The notes: generated by a model not told the origin, from the sequence alone. Positions 26,401-33,265 are shown, counted from the stretch's first letter. The stretch is 64,000 nt of DNA from Elusimicrobiota bacterium (GCA_003140895.1 PLLH01000012.1:3661-67660), one strand, 5' to 3'. A program made the numbers and translations.

Positions 26401-28958
26401 ATGGGACGGGCGCTCAAATTGGTGAACTGTTTATGAGTGAGGGAACGGATGGCGCGTCCAAACGTAACCACAGCCGACTCCGAAACGCGCGTCAATAGCT
26501 TGAGGACGGTATTCTTGCCCCGCCGGACGGCTTCGCCAATCAATTCAGTCGGGGTTCCTTGCACGGCCGCCACGAATTCGACGACGGGGAACCTTTCCTC
26601 CCGCGCTGCACGTTGGGCTATGGCATCCACGATCTGCGACTTTAATTCTCCGGATTTTCCCGTTGGCATTCCGGCCGGTTTGACGGCCGCCATGATTTTA
26701 TCCGCCAACGTATCAAAATTTTCGGGATGATCTTTATCGATGGGGAAATTTTGGAGAGCCTGTTCAATTTCTCTGCCCAACAATTTTCTGGGCGGAAGCC
26801 CGTGGGCCATAATGCTGGCCAACGGCATCCACCGCGGCAAAACGCCCGTCAAAATGCCCAAATTGGTAGAGGAATGGATCGCCATGGAAATCATTGCGGC
26901 CCACCCCAAACTCATTCCCGGGATGAGGAAAGGCGTCCCCAGACCCAACCCCACCAAGAAAAGAAGGGCCATCCGCGACGGTGTGCGATTGGGGTGAGCC
27001 CAGGCAAAAAAGGCGGCACTTAAGAGGAGAGCCACGGGTCCCACAAAAGGAACAGAGGGCAATAAGGTCTGCGCCAAGGGCAAAATCAATTGAAACACCA
27101 ATTCCCAATTGACCCCGAGAACCAAATAAATTTTTTCTTTTAAAGATGTCTGAATTTGGACATTGTCTCTGGCCGCGTCCGCCTTATCCAGAATATCCAC
27201 ATGCGCTTTAAAAAGCCGTTGTCCCATTTGAATAACAACATCGGAGGTATTTTGTATCCGGGCTGTCAGACTCGCCATCACTCGGAAAAATGTGGAGGGG
27301 TGCGTGCTATGAACAAAATCCGGACATACAAAAAGTTTTTCGCCGGAGAGTATTTTGTCGAGGGGCGTTTTCTCGCGGGCGAAAATGGATAAGTAGGCCG
27401 TTCCACTGCCCTCTTCAACTTTGGTGATTTTGGGAGAAACAACGACGTAGGAAATTTTTTGTTCTTTGAACATCTGGGCGATTTCGGGGGTGTGAAAACC
27501 GCCGGTGACGAGGACAACGGATTTCCCCCTCTCCCCCTCTCCCTTAAATAGCTTCTCCACCATTTTCTCGCTGCGGATTTCGGCTTCGCGGTAGAACGTC
27601 TCGAAAGGCGACAAATCCATGCTGTGCGAGAGCGCTTGGTACTTTTTCCATTCTTTGGGTGTCAGCGCAAACTCAATCAGTTTTCCGGCGAGTGAAAGAT
27701 ATTCGCTTCGCTTTATCAAATTCTTCTGCTCATCCGTTTGAACCAGGCGCTGAACGATGACGTTCTCAAGCTTTTCCACCGCATCAAATAGTTTGTCCGC
27801 TTTGATCCCATCGGTCAGAAGCACATAGCGGATGTAGTCATCAAACGCCGGGGTTTGCCTTAAATGGATTCCTTTCCGTTCGCAAAGCCGTTTTAATCCT
27901 TCGTAATAATCTCCAAAACTGAGTCTCCCCGTGCGATAAGCCAAGCTATTGGCGACAAGACTCGAAATCTCTTTTTCATTTAATACCCGGGTTAATTTTT
28001 CCAGAACTTGTTTTCGCTCATTCTCAACCCTCTTGAAATCGAGTGTCGATTCCATCTTAAACGCTTCAAGAAATTGGTCGACGACAACGTCATTGTCGAG
28101 ACGACCGGCGGAGAGTTTCTTAACGTAAGACCCAAGACCGACATCCCCCCGCTGATAGGCGTCCCGTAAATTGTCGAACTGGGTGAGTTCTGTCGAAAAA
28201 ACGGTTCGTTTGGACTCAGTCAGGTTTCGTTTAAATTCACCCATTTGTTTGATGACGTTCTTTTTCAATTCCCGCGAGGTCAAATACGCCTGGACGTTCG
28301 CTTTGTAGTGCTCCTGATCATCCACGCCCACGAACAAAGGCGGCTCATTGGCACTTGTCATCCCGACGAAGGAAGGGGCGGACAGGAGATTCTTATCGAG
28401 GTACGCCTCCGCGACTTGTTTTGTGATCTCTTTATCGGAGAAGGCCCGAAAGCGCGTGAAATCAAACCGGCTGAAAGCGCCTTCCACGCCGACGAGACCG
28501 ACTTGCCCCTGATCCATCAACTCTTGCAGAACGGAGACGATGTTGGTTTGCGCTTCGGGGTTTAAATGAACGTCTTGGACAAGAACCACCGCCGGCTTCG
28601 CCGAATCCCCGGAATCATAAACATCCTGAATGGAACCCGTGTTGGAAGGGATTGAAGCCACGAGCTCTTGGATTTTCTTTGAATACGTGGACGTTTTTCC
28701 TCTCAACGAGGGGTTCCATTTGAGCGCCGAGGGAAGAGTGGAATCGACACCCGGCATTTGATTGAGGAGTGTTCTCGTGGAGAGCGCTGAACCGGCCAGG
28801 GAGGCGGGAAGTGACGCCAGCTGCTTTTCTTGCCGCTCCATCGCGCGGCGGCGCTCCGTCCAAATATTCGTTTCGGAAGCGGATCCCAACACCACTTGAG
28901 AGGTGAAGAAGAAAACAGCAAGAGAAAGGGCTAGGACTTTCTTTGGTGTGTTTTCCAT
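17487..28958 (-). CDS. giant (3,823 aa) polytopic multidomain membrane protein: signal peptide + TraB/GumN-like domain + 4 TM modules + 2 Hsp90/sacsin-type GHKL ATPase modules + degenerate kinase-like + Ser/Thr kinase domain
   Basis: Single uninterrupted 11,472-nt ORF with no competing long frames. Motifs read directly: EILLNAIDTEE / DWGEGIS / GRFGTGF; EVVTNAYEAS / SDEGIGM / HFGQGFYTLF; GRPYGGGFGRVYKAYEV...AIAVK...HGDLKPGNIKI...DSIHSDGYTPKNRFDGGIATIESDIFSL; DIHEKNFII; TM modules ending in PRW(M/R)P(L/F)ASI...KLLGR. Confidence 0.8.
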   Translation of the reverse strand: MENTPKKVLALSLAVFFFTSQVVLGSASETNIWTERRRAMERQEKQLASLPASLAGSALSTRTLLNQMPGVDSTLPSALKWNPSLRGKTSTYSKKIQELVASIPSNTGSIQDVYDSGDSAKPAVVLVQDVHLNPEAQTNIVSVLQELMDQGQVGLVGVEGAFSRFDFTRFRAFSDKEITKQVAEAYLDKNLLSAPSFVGMTSANEPPLFVGVDDQEHYKANVQAYLTSRELKKNVIKQMGEFKRNLTESKRTVFSTELTQFDNLRDAYQRGDVGLGSYVKKLSAGRLDNDVVVDQFLEAFKMESTLDFKRVENERKQVLEKLTRVLNEKEISSLVANSLAYRTGRLSFGDYYEGLKRLCERKGIHLRQTPAFDDYIRYVLLTDGIKADKLFDAVEKLENVIVQRLVQTDEQKNLIKRSEYLSLAGKLIEFALTPKEWKKYQALSHSMDLSPFETFYREAEIRSEKMVEKLFKGEGERGKSVVLVTGGFHTPEIAQMFKEQKISYVVVSPKITKVEEGSGTAYLSIFAREKTPLDKILSGEKLFVCPDFVHSTHPSTFFRVMASLTARIQNTSDVVIQMGQRLFKAHVDILDKADAARDNVQIQTSLKEKIYLVLGVNWELVFQLILPLAQTLLPSVPFVGPVALLLSAAFFAWAHPNRTPSRMALLFLVGLGLGTPFLIPGMSLGWAAMISMAIHSSTNLGILTGVLPRWMPLASIMAHGLPPRKLLGREIEQALQNFPIDKDHPENFDTLADKIMAAVKPAGMPTGKSGELKSQIVDAIAQRAAREERFPVVEFVAAVQGTPTELIGEAVRRGKNTVLKLLTRVSESAVVTFGRAIRSLTHKQFTNLSARPIIEILLNAIDTEERLNFRSKFNSEKKVQFTIQDGRAVVRDWGEGISLADLTKLLNPGEGGNFKQSGTTGRFGTGFLSIFSYLTGPDDKVVIWTVSGMEANRFEFSLGDNGQLMMSCLKLSPGEAARLGHGSEVEIISSQIQRDSVLTEAKKVLRHKSDAVIEVMDGKPWILNSQEGVKRIADVDGAVSMRVPPQTATTRRGQETGVHILINGVYFTTVRFETFGEFGEAVLDFHKDLFDYARDRDKIKSTQAVLKALERLIDTLAERFDSRPDLFCRMANLLYPVVESLQKDTPPGKTRVMSSDPMENLRSHVEGFLQRSSVKNSWLVLEDDVSLRESLVPNQANLFFIRKELLPRGQQIIPDSMRDSQFRQIVYVRLSQSKGPMGARLAKGGILLVDPSLRGAIQNSETQDEALAALQAVADVARAAQEGDDIDPLIQTEKPLLLQSAHETEGFETAGLKGNDSSFNFHRFFSQGTKDARTREEFILWDRLSNVLYPPDELVNLLPRSFWESFPDRFRSLFTSGGKPIMPVISAEAKELIRKYHIENKNFYEFNLLIEEGSLLSYSNVIIQDVVLYLVYRELMDRYQKNLEGKADWYKIDNPLVFEMYWLGHRYGGVGMHDAVFTVFSERGFFIKSLLDYFMPPDERSKTDYFKTRFRHLPEYLTNMGWVEVYKSLLFSLYQKEPVGPNDNKGIWSLVKKANMLFESLVSGLSENEAKDLLQEFSFLNSDNRRGQADIISNLYRFQLKDLQEILKTRGMLSARLAAHLHQSYSDSPPLGSKPPSAIGAADQQSVEVEVSDLILAMGQNRESESQFKSVTNAGDLPTLSEKSRRAPQELKERARVSIRRAYEQTTDEYAFLREVVTNAYEASRSRRSKDGSVPVFQVNSWVEDSGELAVSMSDEGIGMDLQEIIGKLLQPSASGWSSDWLHFGQGFYTLFRSGDDVRVRSTKNGVTTVVYLTPVRQGDRLVDVRMRVVQNQTNQKSGTTVEWRKTSDNPGLLASEIFVRLGSYVGLFDKKKMRVVWNNILVNDKVEPLAEVKRSSTGEAIQIYAAVGEQAFNLNQFYMCQLNGEFTYPIPRLFLELLSEFGFVLNLEADVEPIEGRTDFVGRAKKIEELKPALALAGMAAVGRLLGLGRLDLKDRLPYDYIINAATYKPKEGTRIAEDAKRVAEGKPVNDVSIYARGLNAEINSILLLMSLPMIPIQGTKISCFDAIILGLKNKEILEQLPDWLKEQIKRAQAEAEMGQLLIKARGFAANIREEVNASPVSPNDPEASILLAWQRLVEAVLAPIDAVMPVAKACRHEFFSSAKRGAIAYTQVGQFNIAWDVGAIYEDLQTLHKLLIKGGRSFSNSERENFQRLLYTLIEATTHERTHIQRGEPEMEWTHDREFLKDQLTVLNAVLERFRDGGAGLGILNAVKQAAQDRAPPADFRLPAKFRNSSPTATWGLTRLFTRFLLNPLRNLFGAEAILDDEISTRVAPLFETALVAVFFAAFYAGALGFFGATFDHKSAAVFAGVMSNLVFTSLHIQRQSPDAQAPPVQAPPTPWRLTKLFVAGTVFHTPLFAVFFALPLISSFSLFLLVSSAILFLALGWAWFSHRGYNFGVLQKGTERLNQLLKNWPLASIFHRLEVNYSHDITTDPKELDIAILSVRLSHAISHLIFKNKSAVVVDFLNHLTRNNIALEDFTGKVSLKFHQEGTHKLVFRVDFELKKSSPFKVMVAVKKPKTPGDIRKIELTDLELLSEETDFVPRFGKYFSIVDEGGDLEFYLEEFIDGPTLRELKEKRELLPRHRQLAVESLLEISRILGEMPKDIHEKNFIITRTTGRSKSRFFGMSRLGSQLTAPVGPLAKFLPWALIAPPEMAVMVDLGDRRVSLDKCLLRMISFYGNYGETEENNEFIFKAFLKTFSGSSTDGLTLLEENLNYLKEQIRYDEMRGKKAGSPALRKQKDRAERGEPALQSEDVAQVIRELEKFISQNKPKPMAVLAELPLIQRLKMSHPFLYWNLIVVVSSLWEAKVFHQWGVSSIPTVLTGFGLSPALALGVGFGWATVTFSFAHTIVAWIVRAKERGWREAFNQIHLRQDVLDFTVRSFLGAVFSLSFTSLMPVFISDYAFWCSAGIHVLYNAGVLKGVSPRWRPFASILTYGPSLDKLLGRDAVAKPTRTSPPPLPVGPVPETKPSEMRELWDLLLAQLSDQEVRDIHAEMKTVSPRYDEKFIWSQRNMPFQKKLDDVSAIKNFWYILEKNQTEIDKALMALPQGTKVTVKNKTYEIKGRPYGGGFGRVYKAYEVGGPNGPAIAVKVGAVSQLMSNGEPRFLSELVYAIAFNRIEGRKLKDLSDKGVVSAPEFLGMGVGKKFPRSFLLMEWIEEKDLWNRAQEEPLTLDEAIAILETMQKWHEAGFLHGDLKPGNIKIQKGSDGKIRVRILDVMSVVPVVHTYEIGDSIHSDGYTPKNRFDGGIATIESDIFSLACILNNTFPDHLKNNLRIHMAMRKMIAGEMSLSTAIHELRDVRSVLHRNENWLPYAEDWFTLGKLKSVSRGGLLIGLKAIVLPMFSGRLSSGAYDRWVAPVLENGLAFGAMALLNGQGMDLTAATWWVWGVFAAIHILEWVIVLSMWALDKEARAERGPPLPVNAGLSILIAAVTIPLIMAFPTFSLFSIPILVSTAFHLVVNNSAPQLTPGSSLASKLIGIVQENNGNKAQMLNQVLAVFMDQETIRSLNVGEKMAGGTGDPLVSGSELAKALRDEIRKKVGEGTMTRGDVARVAPFLAGILAMILSKNDVSRFLVSVESLGYTTETGQPLDSYEWLPVTLKAAAEQALQSISQRQRESRGNHLGRLILVVDPQMDVEVLTREIEKTLGTSIREQHIFIENGKAHSSVWSLLRAVNGPDMTDEALAKEVSGRVNRFRLRNEAPLAENFFNLDGLGLGRSTREALQRSFDVLVILNTLQAIRLAPSQLGMFETFRKILIQA

Positions 28959-29079
28959 AGATAGGCATAGTCTGCGGGTGAACGCCTTAAGAAAGCCTTT
29001 AGAAGAGATTAAGATTTGCGGAAGAGTGGGATGCTAATTTGATTCTATTTATAGATGTGTTTTTATAAGGAAGCCGGTT

Positions 29080-30114
29080 TTAACTTCCCATGTACGCGTA
29101 GGCTTTTTGGCCCACGGAGGCGATGACCCCTTTGGCTTTTCGGTAGTTCCCCAGGTGCCCGGTCAAAACGCAGAGGATGTAATCCCCGTCGGGTGAAAAC
29201 ACAATCCCGACATCATGGCAATTCCGGCGGAGAAGCCCTGTTTTATGCGCCAATTTCCACGTTCGAGGAAGATACGTGGACAGCCGGCTATGGCTGTTAA
29301 CGCCCTTAAGAATCTCAAGCATCGCGTCGCTCAAGGCGCTATTGACCATCTTACGATTGTAAATCTGTTCCAGGAGAAACCCCATTTCCCGGGCGGTGGT
29401 GTAATTGTCTTTATCGGAACGCAGGCGATCGGCCAAACTCATGCCGGAGGGGTTGATCCGCGTCGTCATAAGACCCAATTTTTCAAATGTTTGATTCAAA
29501 TAATCATACCCCAGCCGGTCAATAACCATGGCGGTGGCGGTGTTGTCCGAACGCGTGATCATCTCGTAAATGAGAGAGGAAACCGAGTACGCGGAGCCGG
29601 AACGCGCCCACTTAAGACGTCCGGATCCTCCTCGACGGAAATTTCTCTTGAGCGCCATCCGGGAACTGAGGGACAACCGTCCCTCATTGATGGCTTCAAA
29701 CGCTGCCACCATGATCGGCAGTTTGATAAGACTGGCGCTCACAAACGGCTTGTCGGCATCCTTTTCAAAGGTCCGGCCTGTTTTCAAATCTTTAATATAG
29801 AGTCCCACGTCGCCGTCGTAATGGGAGATCACCCCTGAAATAGACCCGATCATTTGAGCCCACCGGCGGTCGTCAGCCTGAATGGGAACCGGTTCCACTG
29901 AAATCGCCACGGGGCGAGGACACAGGCCAAAGAAGAGGCCGACGAGAAGGAGTACCATCCCGACCCATCCCCAAGAAGCGCTAACAGCGAACGTGGGGAC
30001 CGGTTTCTCGTTGACCTTCGAATAATGAATCGCGTGGTTTCGTGGCATGTTCACTAGAGAATGTACCAGCCAAAACCGTAAATTTCCAACATTTCTTATA
30101 AGAAACAACTTCAT
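29080..30114 (-). CDS. membrane-anchored class A beta-lactamase-like serine hydrolase
   Basis: SxxK (FVSASLIK), SDN (RSDNTA) and KTG (HKTG) motifs in canonical order. N-terminal hydrophobic anchor WGWVGMVLLLVGLFFGL. Start codon choice uncertain. Confidence 0.65.
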   Translation of the reverse strand: MKLFLIRNVGNLRFWLVHSLVNMPRNHAIHYSKVNEKPVPTFAVSASWGWVGMVLLLVGLFFGLCPRPVAISVEPVPIQADDRRWAQMIGSISGVISHYDGDVGLYIKDLKTGRTFEKDADKPFVSASLIKLPIMVAAFEAINEGRLSLSSRMALKRNFRRGGSGRLKWARSGSAYSVSSLIYEMITRSDNTATAMVIDRLGYDYLNQTFEKLGLMTTRINPSGMSLADRLRSDKDNYTTAREMGFLLEQIYNRKMVNSALSDAMLEILKGVNSHSRLSTYLPRTWKLAHKTGLLRRNCHDVGIVFSPDGDYILCVLTGHLGNYRKAKGVIASVGQKAYAYMGS

Positions 30115-30126
30115 TTTTAGACTCGT

Positions 30127-30417
30127 TTATCTCTCAATTTTCACTAACAACCGTATATCTTCCAAAACCATGGCCACCGCTTCGCAGCGCTCAAAGTGAC
30201 CCGAATACACCACCGCGCTCCCATTGTGATGAACCTCGGCGGCCAGCTCCAAACCGCGGGTGACGGTGCAGCCAATGGCTTTGACCAATTGCACGGCCAC
30301 TTCATCAAATGTGTGAACGTCGTCGTTAAACAAAACGGTCCGGGCGCCGTACCCGCGGACGGTTTGCGTGTCGTTCTGTTTCTCTTGAAGCGGATTTTGA
30401 CTCACAGGGCAACTCAT
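30127..30417 (-). CDS. clpS: ATP-dependent Clp protease adaptor ClpS
   Basis: 96 aa. Core VLFNDDVHTFDEV...V resembles the ClpS signature (V.L.NDD.T.M.FV). Confidence 0.8.
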   Translation of the reverse strand: MSCPVSQNPLQEKQNDTQTVRGYGARTVLFNDDVHTFDEVAVQLVKAIGCTVTRGLELAAEVHHNGSAVVYSGHFERCEAVAMVLEDIRLLVKIER

Positions 30418-30438
30418 GACACCCTTCTCCGACCGAGC

Positions 30439-31203
30439 CTACTGATCTTCCGAGGGTTCAGAACCGGACTCTTCCGCCGGGGCCATTGGCCCCTCACTCT
30501 TAATCAATGTGATTTCAACCCGTCTATTCTGCTCCCGTCCTTTGACAGTTTTATTGGTGACCAGGGGGCGGTACTCGGAAAAAGAGGCCAGGATCAACTT
30601 GCGCGGATCAAGGCCCCCTTCCTTCTGAAGAGCGCGCACAACCGCGGACGAGCGCGCGGCGGCCAAATCCCAGTTCGATGGGAATTTTTGCTGGAGAGAC
30701 GGCGCGATCCGCACGTTGTCGGAATGGCCGTCAATCCGGATATCGTATCCCTTGATTCCTTTGAGCGACTGGGAAATCCGGGACAACACGGGGCGCCCCT
30801 CGCTTTTCACATCCGCTTTACCGGAAGCGAAAAGAATGCGCTCTTCCATGGCGATCGTGAGCCGCCCGCCGGCTTGAGAAACGCGGATGGAGCCCTTCGA
30901 GATATCGTCCTTTAACTTGTTGATCAGATCGTCATAGGTGCCGCGTAAATCCGTGATCACGTCCTCTTGCACCGCCACCTCTTGAGACAAACGCTCTTTC
31001 TCCTTCGTGGCATGGCCGTAATCCGTCTCCAAGTCTTTATTCTTCTGTTTGAGCGAAGCCACTTCCTGTTCAAGACCCGACGACGTCGTCTGAAGCTCCC
31101 GGCATCGCTTCATTTGGGATTCATAGGTGTTAATCGAGACACACCCCGTACCCAGAACGGCAACGACCACGCTCAGCACTATTAGTCTGCGATTTAAATT
31201 CAT
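30439..31203 (-). CDS. OmpA/MotB-domain peptidoglycan-associated (lipo)protein with coiled-coil N-region
   Basis: C-terminal OmpA-like domain (IDGHSDNV...NRRVEI). Probable start at MNLNRRLIVLSVVVAVLGTGC (lipobox-like). Confidence 0.7.
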   Translation of the reverse strand: MNLNRRLIVLSVVVAVLGTGCVSINTYESQMKRCRELQTTSSGLEQEVASLKQKNKDLETDYGHATKEKERLSQEVAVQEDVITDLRGTYDDLINKLKDDISKGSIRVSQAGGRLTIAMEERILFASGKADVKSEGRPVLSRISQSLKGIKGYDIRIDGHSDNVRIAPSLQQKFPSNWDLAAARSSAVVRALQKEGGLDPRKLILASFSEYRPLVTNKTVKGREQNRRVEITLIKSEGPMAPAEESGSEPSEDQ

Positions 31204-31213
31204 ACGCCCTCCC

Positions 31214-32092
31214 TCATTGAACGGACCCATTTTTTTTGAGATTCAAAAATATTTCCCGAGTGGACTGCGATTTATTGAGCGTGAAGAAATGAATCCCGGG
31301 GGCGCCTTTCTTCAGAAGCTCCGTGCATTGAGCCGTGGCGTAGCGAATACCAGCCTCAATAACGCGGGCCTTGTCGGACTTGACCTTTTCCAGTTCGGCG
31401 AGGAGGGTCGGCGGAATCGTCGCGCCCGACATCGACGTAAAACGTTTAATTTGGTCCACGTCCGTGATGGGCATGATGCCGGCGATGACCGGCGTTGTCA
31501 CGCCGATGGAGCGAAGCCGCTTCACAAAATTGAAATAGTCCCGGTTATCGAAGAAAAGCTGAGTGACCACGAAATCGCCGCCGGCGTCAACTTTGGTTTT
31601 AAGGTGTTCCAAATCTTTTTCCAGGGTCGGCGCTTCGGGATGTTTTTCCGGGTACCCGGCCACGCCGACGCAAAAGTTAAATTCCTTTCGGATGAATTGC
31701 ACCAGTTCCGACCCGTACCGGAAGCCGTCCGGCGCCTGGACAAAACGGGTTTGCCCTTTGGGCGGGTCTCCCCGGAGCGCCACGATATTTTCGATTCCTT
31801 CTCCTTCGAGTTCTTTAAGAAGCCCTCGAAGTTCCGACTGGGAATGCCCCACGCACGTGAGGTGCGCCACCGCTTCAAGGACAATCTTATGTTTGATGGC
31901 CGAGACCAGGGACACCGTCCTCTCGCGCGTGCTCCCGCCCGCGCCGTAGGTCATGGACACGAACGAGGGCTTAAGCTCTTTCAGCGCTTGAATCGTTTCC
32001 ATCAACGTAGCGACGCCTTCATTTGTTTTCGGCGGGAAAAATTCAAACGAGACGAGCGGCTTTTTTCCGTTGAGAAATTGTTTCACTTTCAT
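31214..32092 (-). CDS. metF: 5,10-methylenetetrahydrofolate reductase
   Basis: 292 aa. N-terminus LVSFEFFPPKT and TIM-barrel MetF motifs. Confidence 0.9.
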   Translation of the reverse strand: MKVKQFLNGKKPLVSFEFFPPKTNEGVATLMETIQALKELKPSFVSMTYGAGGSTRERTVSLVSAIKHKIVLEAVAHLTCVGHSQSELRGLLKELEGEGIENIVALRGDPPKGQTRFVQAPDGFRYGSELVQFIRKEFNFCVGVAGYPEKHPEAPTLEKDLEHLKTKVDAGGDFVVTQLFFDNRDYFNFVKRLRSIGVTTPVIAGIMPITDVDQIKRFTSMSGATIPPTLLAELEKVKSDKARVIEAGIRYATAQCTELLKKGAPGIHFFTLNKSQSTREIFLNLKKNGSVQ

Positions 32093-32159
32093 GGCCCGTG
32101 GATTCTACAGGTTTGGGAGAAGAGTTCAAACAAGTGATCAAAAAGCTACAATCCCGCTT

Positions 32160-32693
32160 ATGAAACTCAAAGAAACGATGATTCGCCGAACGAAAGAAGT
32201 GAGAGGCGTGGCCGTCGGTTTTCGCATCGATCACGTCCGTCTTCCCAATGGGAAAACCGCCGTTCGGGAATATTTGGATCACCCCGGCGCCGTGGCCGTT
32301 GTTCCCATCGTCGAAAAAGACAAGATCGTCATGGTCCGGCAATACCGCCATCCGGTTCGGAAAATCACGTGGGAAATTCCCGCGGGAAAATTATCCAAAG
32401 GAGAAATTCCCCTCCACTGCGTGAAACGGGAACTCAAAGAAGAAACCGGCGCCACCGCGAAGAAAATCACCAAACTCCTGTCCTTTTGGCCGACGCCGGC
32501 CTTCGCCAATGAAATCATTCACATTTACGCCGCCGAGCAATTGACGTTTGGCAAATCTCAGCTCGATTTCGACGAGTTTTTGGACGTGGCCGTCTGGCCG
32601 CTCAAGAAAGTGCTGAAGGAAATCAAGGAAGGACGAATCAAGGATTCAAAAACCGTGATCGGACTTCTGGCTTACGAATCCTGGCGGCGTTAA
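32160..32693 (+). CDS. NUDIX hydrolase (ADP-ribose pyrophosphatase-like)
   Basis: Nudix box GKLSKGEIPLHCVKRELKEETGA. Start taken at MKLKETMIRR (32160). The ORF-track ORF begins further upstream at 32070. Confidence 0.75.
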   Translation: MKLKETMIRRTKEVRGVAVGFRIDHVRLPNGKTAVREYLDHPGAVAVVPIVEKDKIVMVRQYRHPVRKITWEIPAGKLSKGEIPLHCVKRELKEETGATAKKITKLLSFWPTPAFANEIIHIYAAEQLTFGKSQLDFDEFLDVAVWPLKKVLKEIKEGRIKDSKTVIGLLAYESWRR

Positions 32694-33199
32694 TCAAGGG
32701 CCAATATATCAACTCGTTCGGCCTTGAGTTGATTGTTAATGATGACGCTCACCCCGTGACCGCCCAAACAAATTCGCCCCGCTGAATCAACCCAGCTTGA
32801 GCCCTTTTTTTCGCACCCCGGCATAAACCTCCAAGAGACGATGACGCGGTCATTCATAAACTCATGGAGTTTTTCCCATTTCCCCGCTGGGTTATACCCA
32901 ACGTTGGGAGCGTGGGTCATGAACCACTGGGGATCAAAACCGATTCCCTTTAGTTTGGGATCGGTCGACGAGATGAGCGATCTCTCGAAATAGATGACAG
33001 GTTTTTCGGATAAATACCGGCGGGCGATTTCAATCCACTCTTGATTCTTTCGGCCATTGGTTAACCGATTGTCTAATAGACTCTTGTTGGCGTGCGATTT
33101 TCTCCTCTCCCAAGCGACCTTGTTCCTCGCAAGGAAATATCCTCTCGTGCCTAAAAGTGTCAACACTAAGATAAGCGCAATCAGTTTAGCTTTCTTCAT
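32690..33199 (-). CDS. hypothetical membrane-anchored protein
   Basis: 169 aa. N-terminal TM/signal MKKAKLIALILVLTLLG. No recognisable family. Confidence 0.4.
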   Translation of the reverse strand: MKKAKLIALILVLTLLGTRGYFLARNKVAWERRKSHANKSLLDNRLTNGRKNQEWIEIARRYLSEKPVIYFERSLISSTDPKLKGIGFDPQWFMTHAPNVGYNPAGKWEKLHEFMNDRVIVSWRFMPGCEKKGSSWVDSAGRICLGGHGVSVIINNQLKAERVDILALD

Positions 33200-33265
33200 A
33201 TCGTAAGACGGCTAACGGAAGAAGTTAACCGGCCCGTGCCGGCAGGGTCAGAGTTGAACGAAGAG

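Noticed and set aside
18334-27517. Many 60-190-aa ORFs on the plus strand between 18.3 and 27.5 kb
   Set aside because: All are embedded antisense in the 11.5-kb giant ORF. The giant frame shows coherent domain motifs, verified at several DNA positions, whereas these do not.
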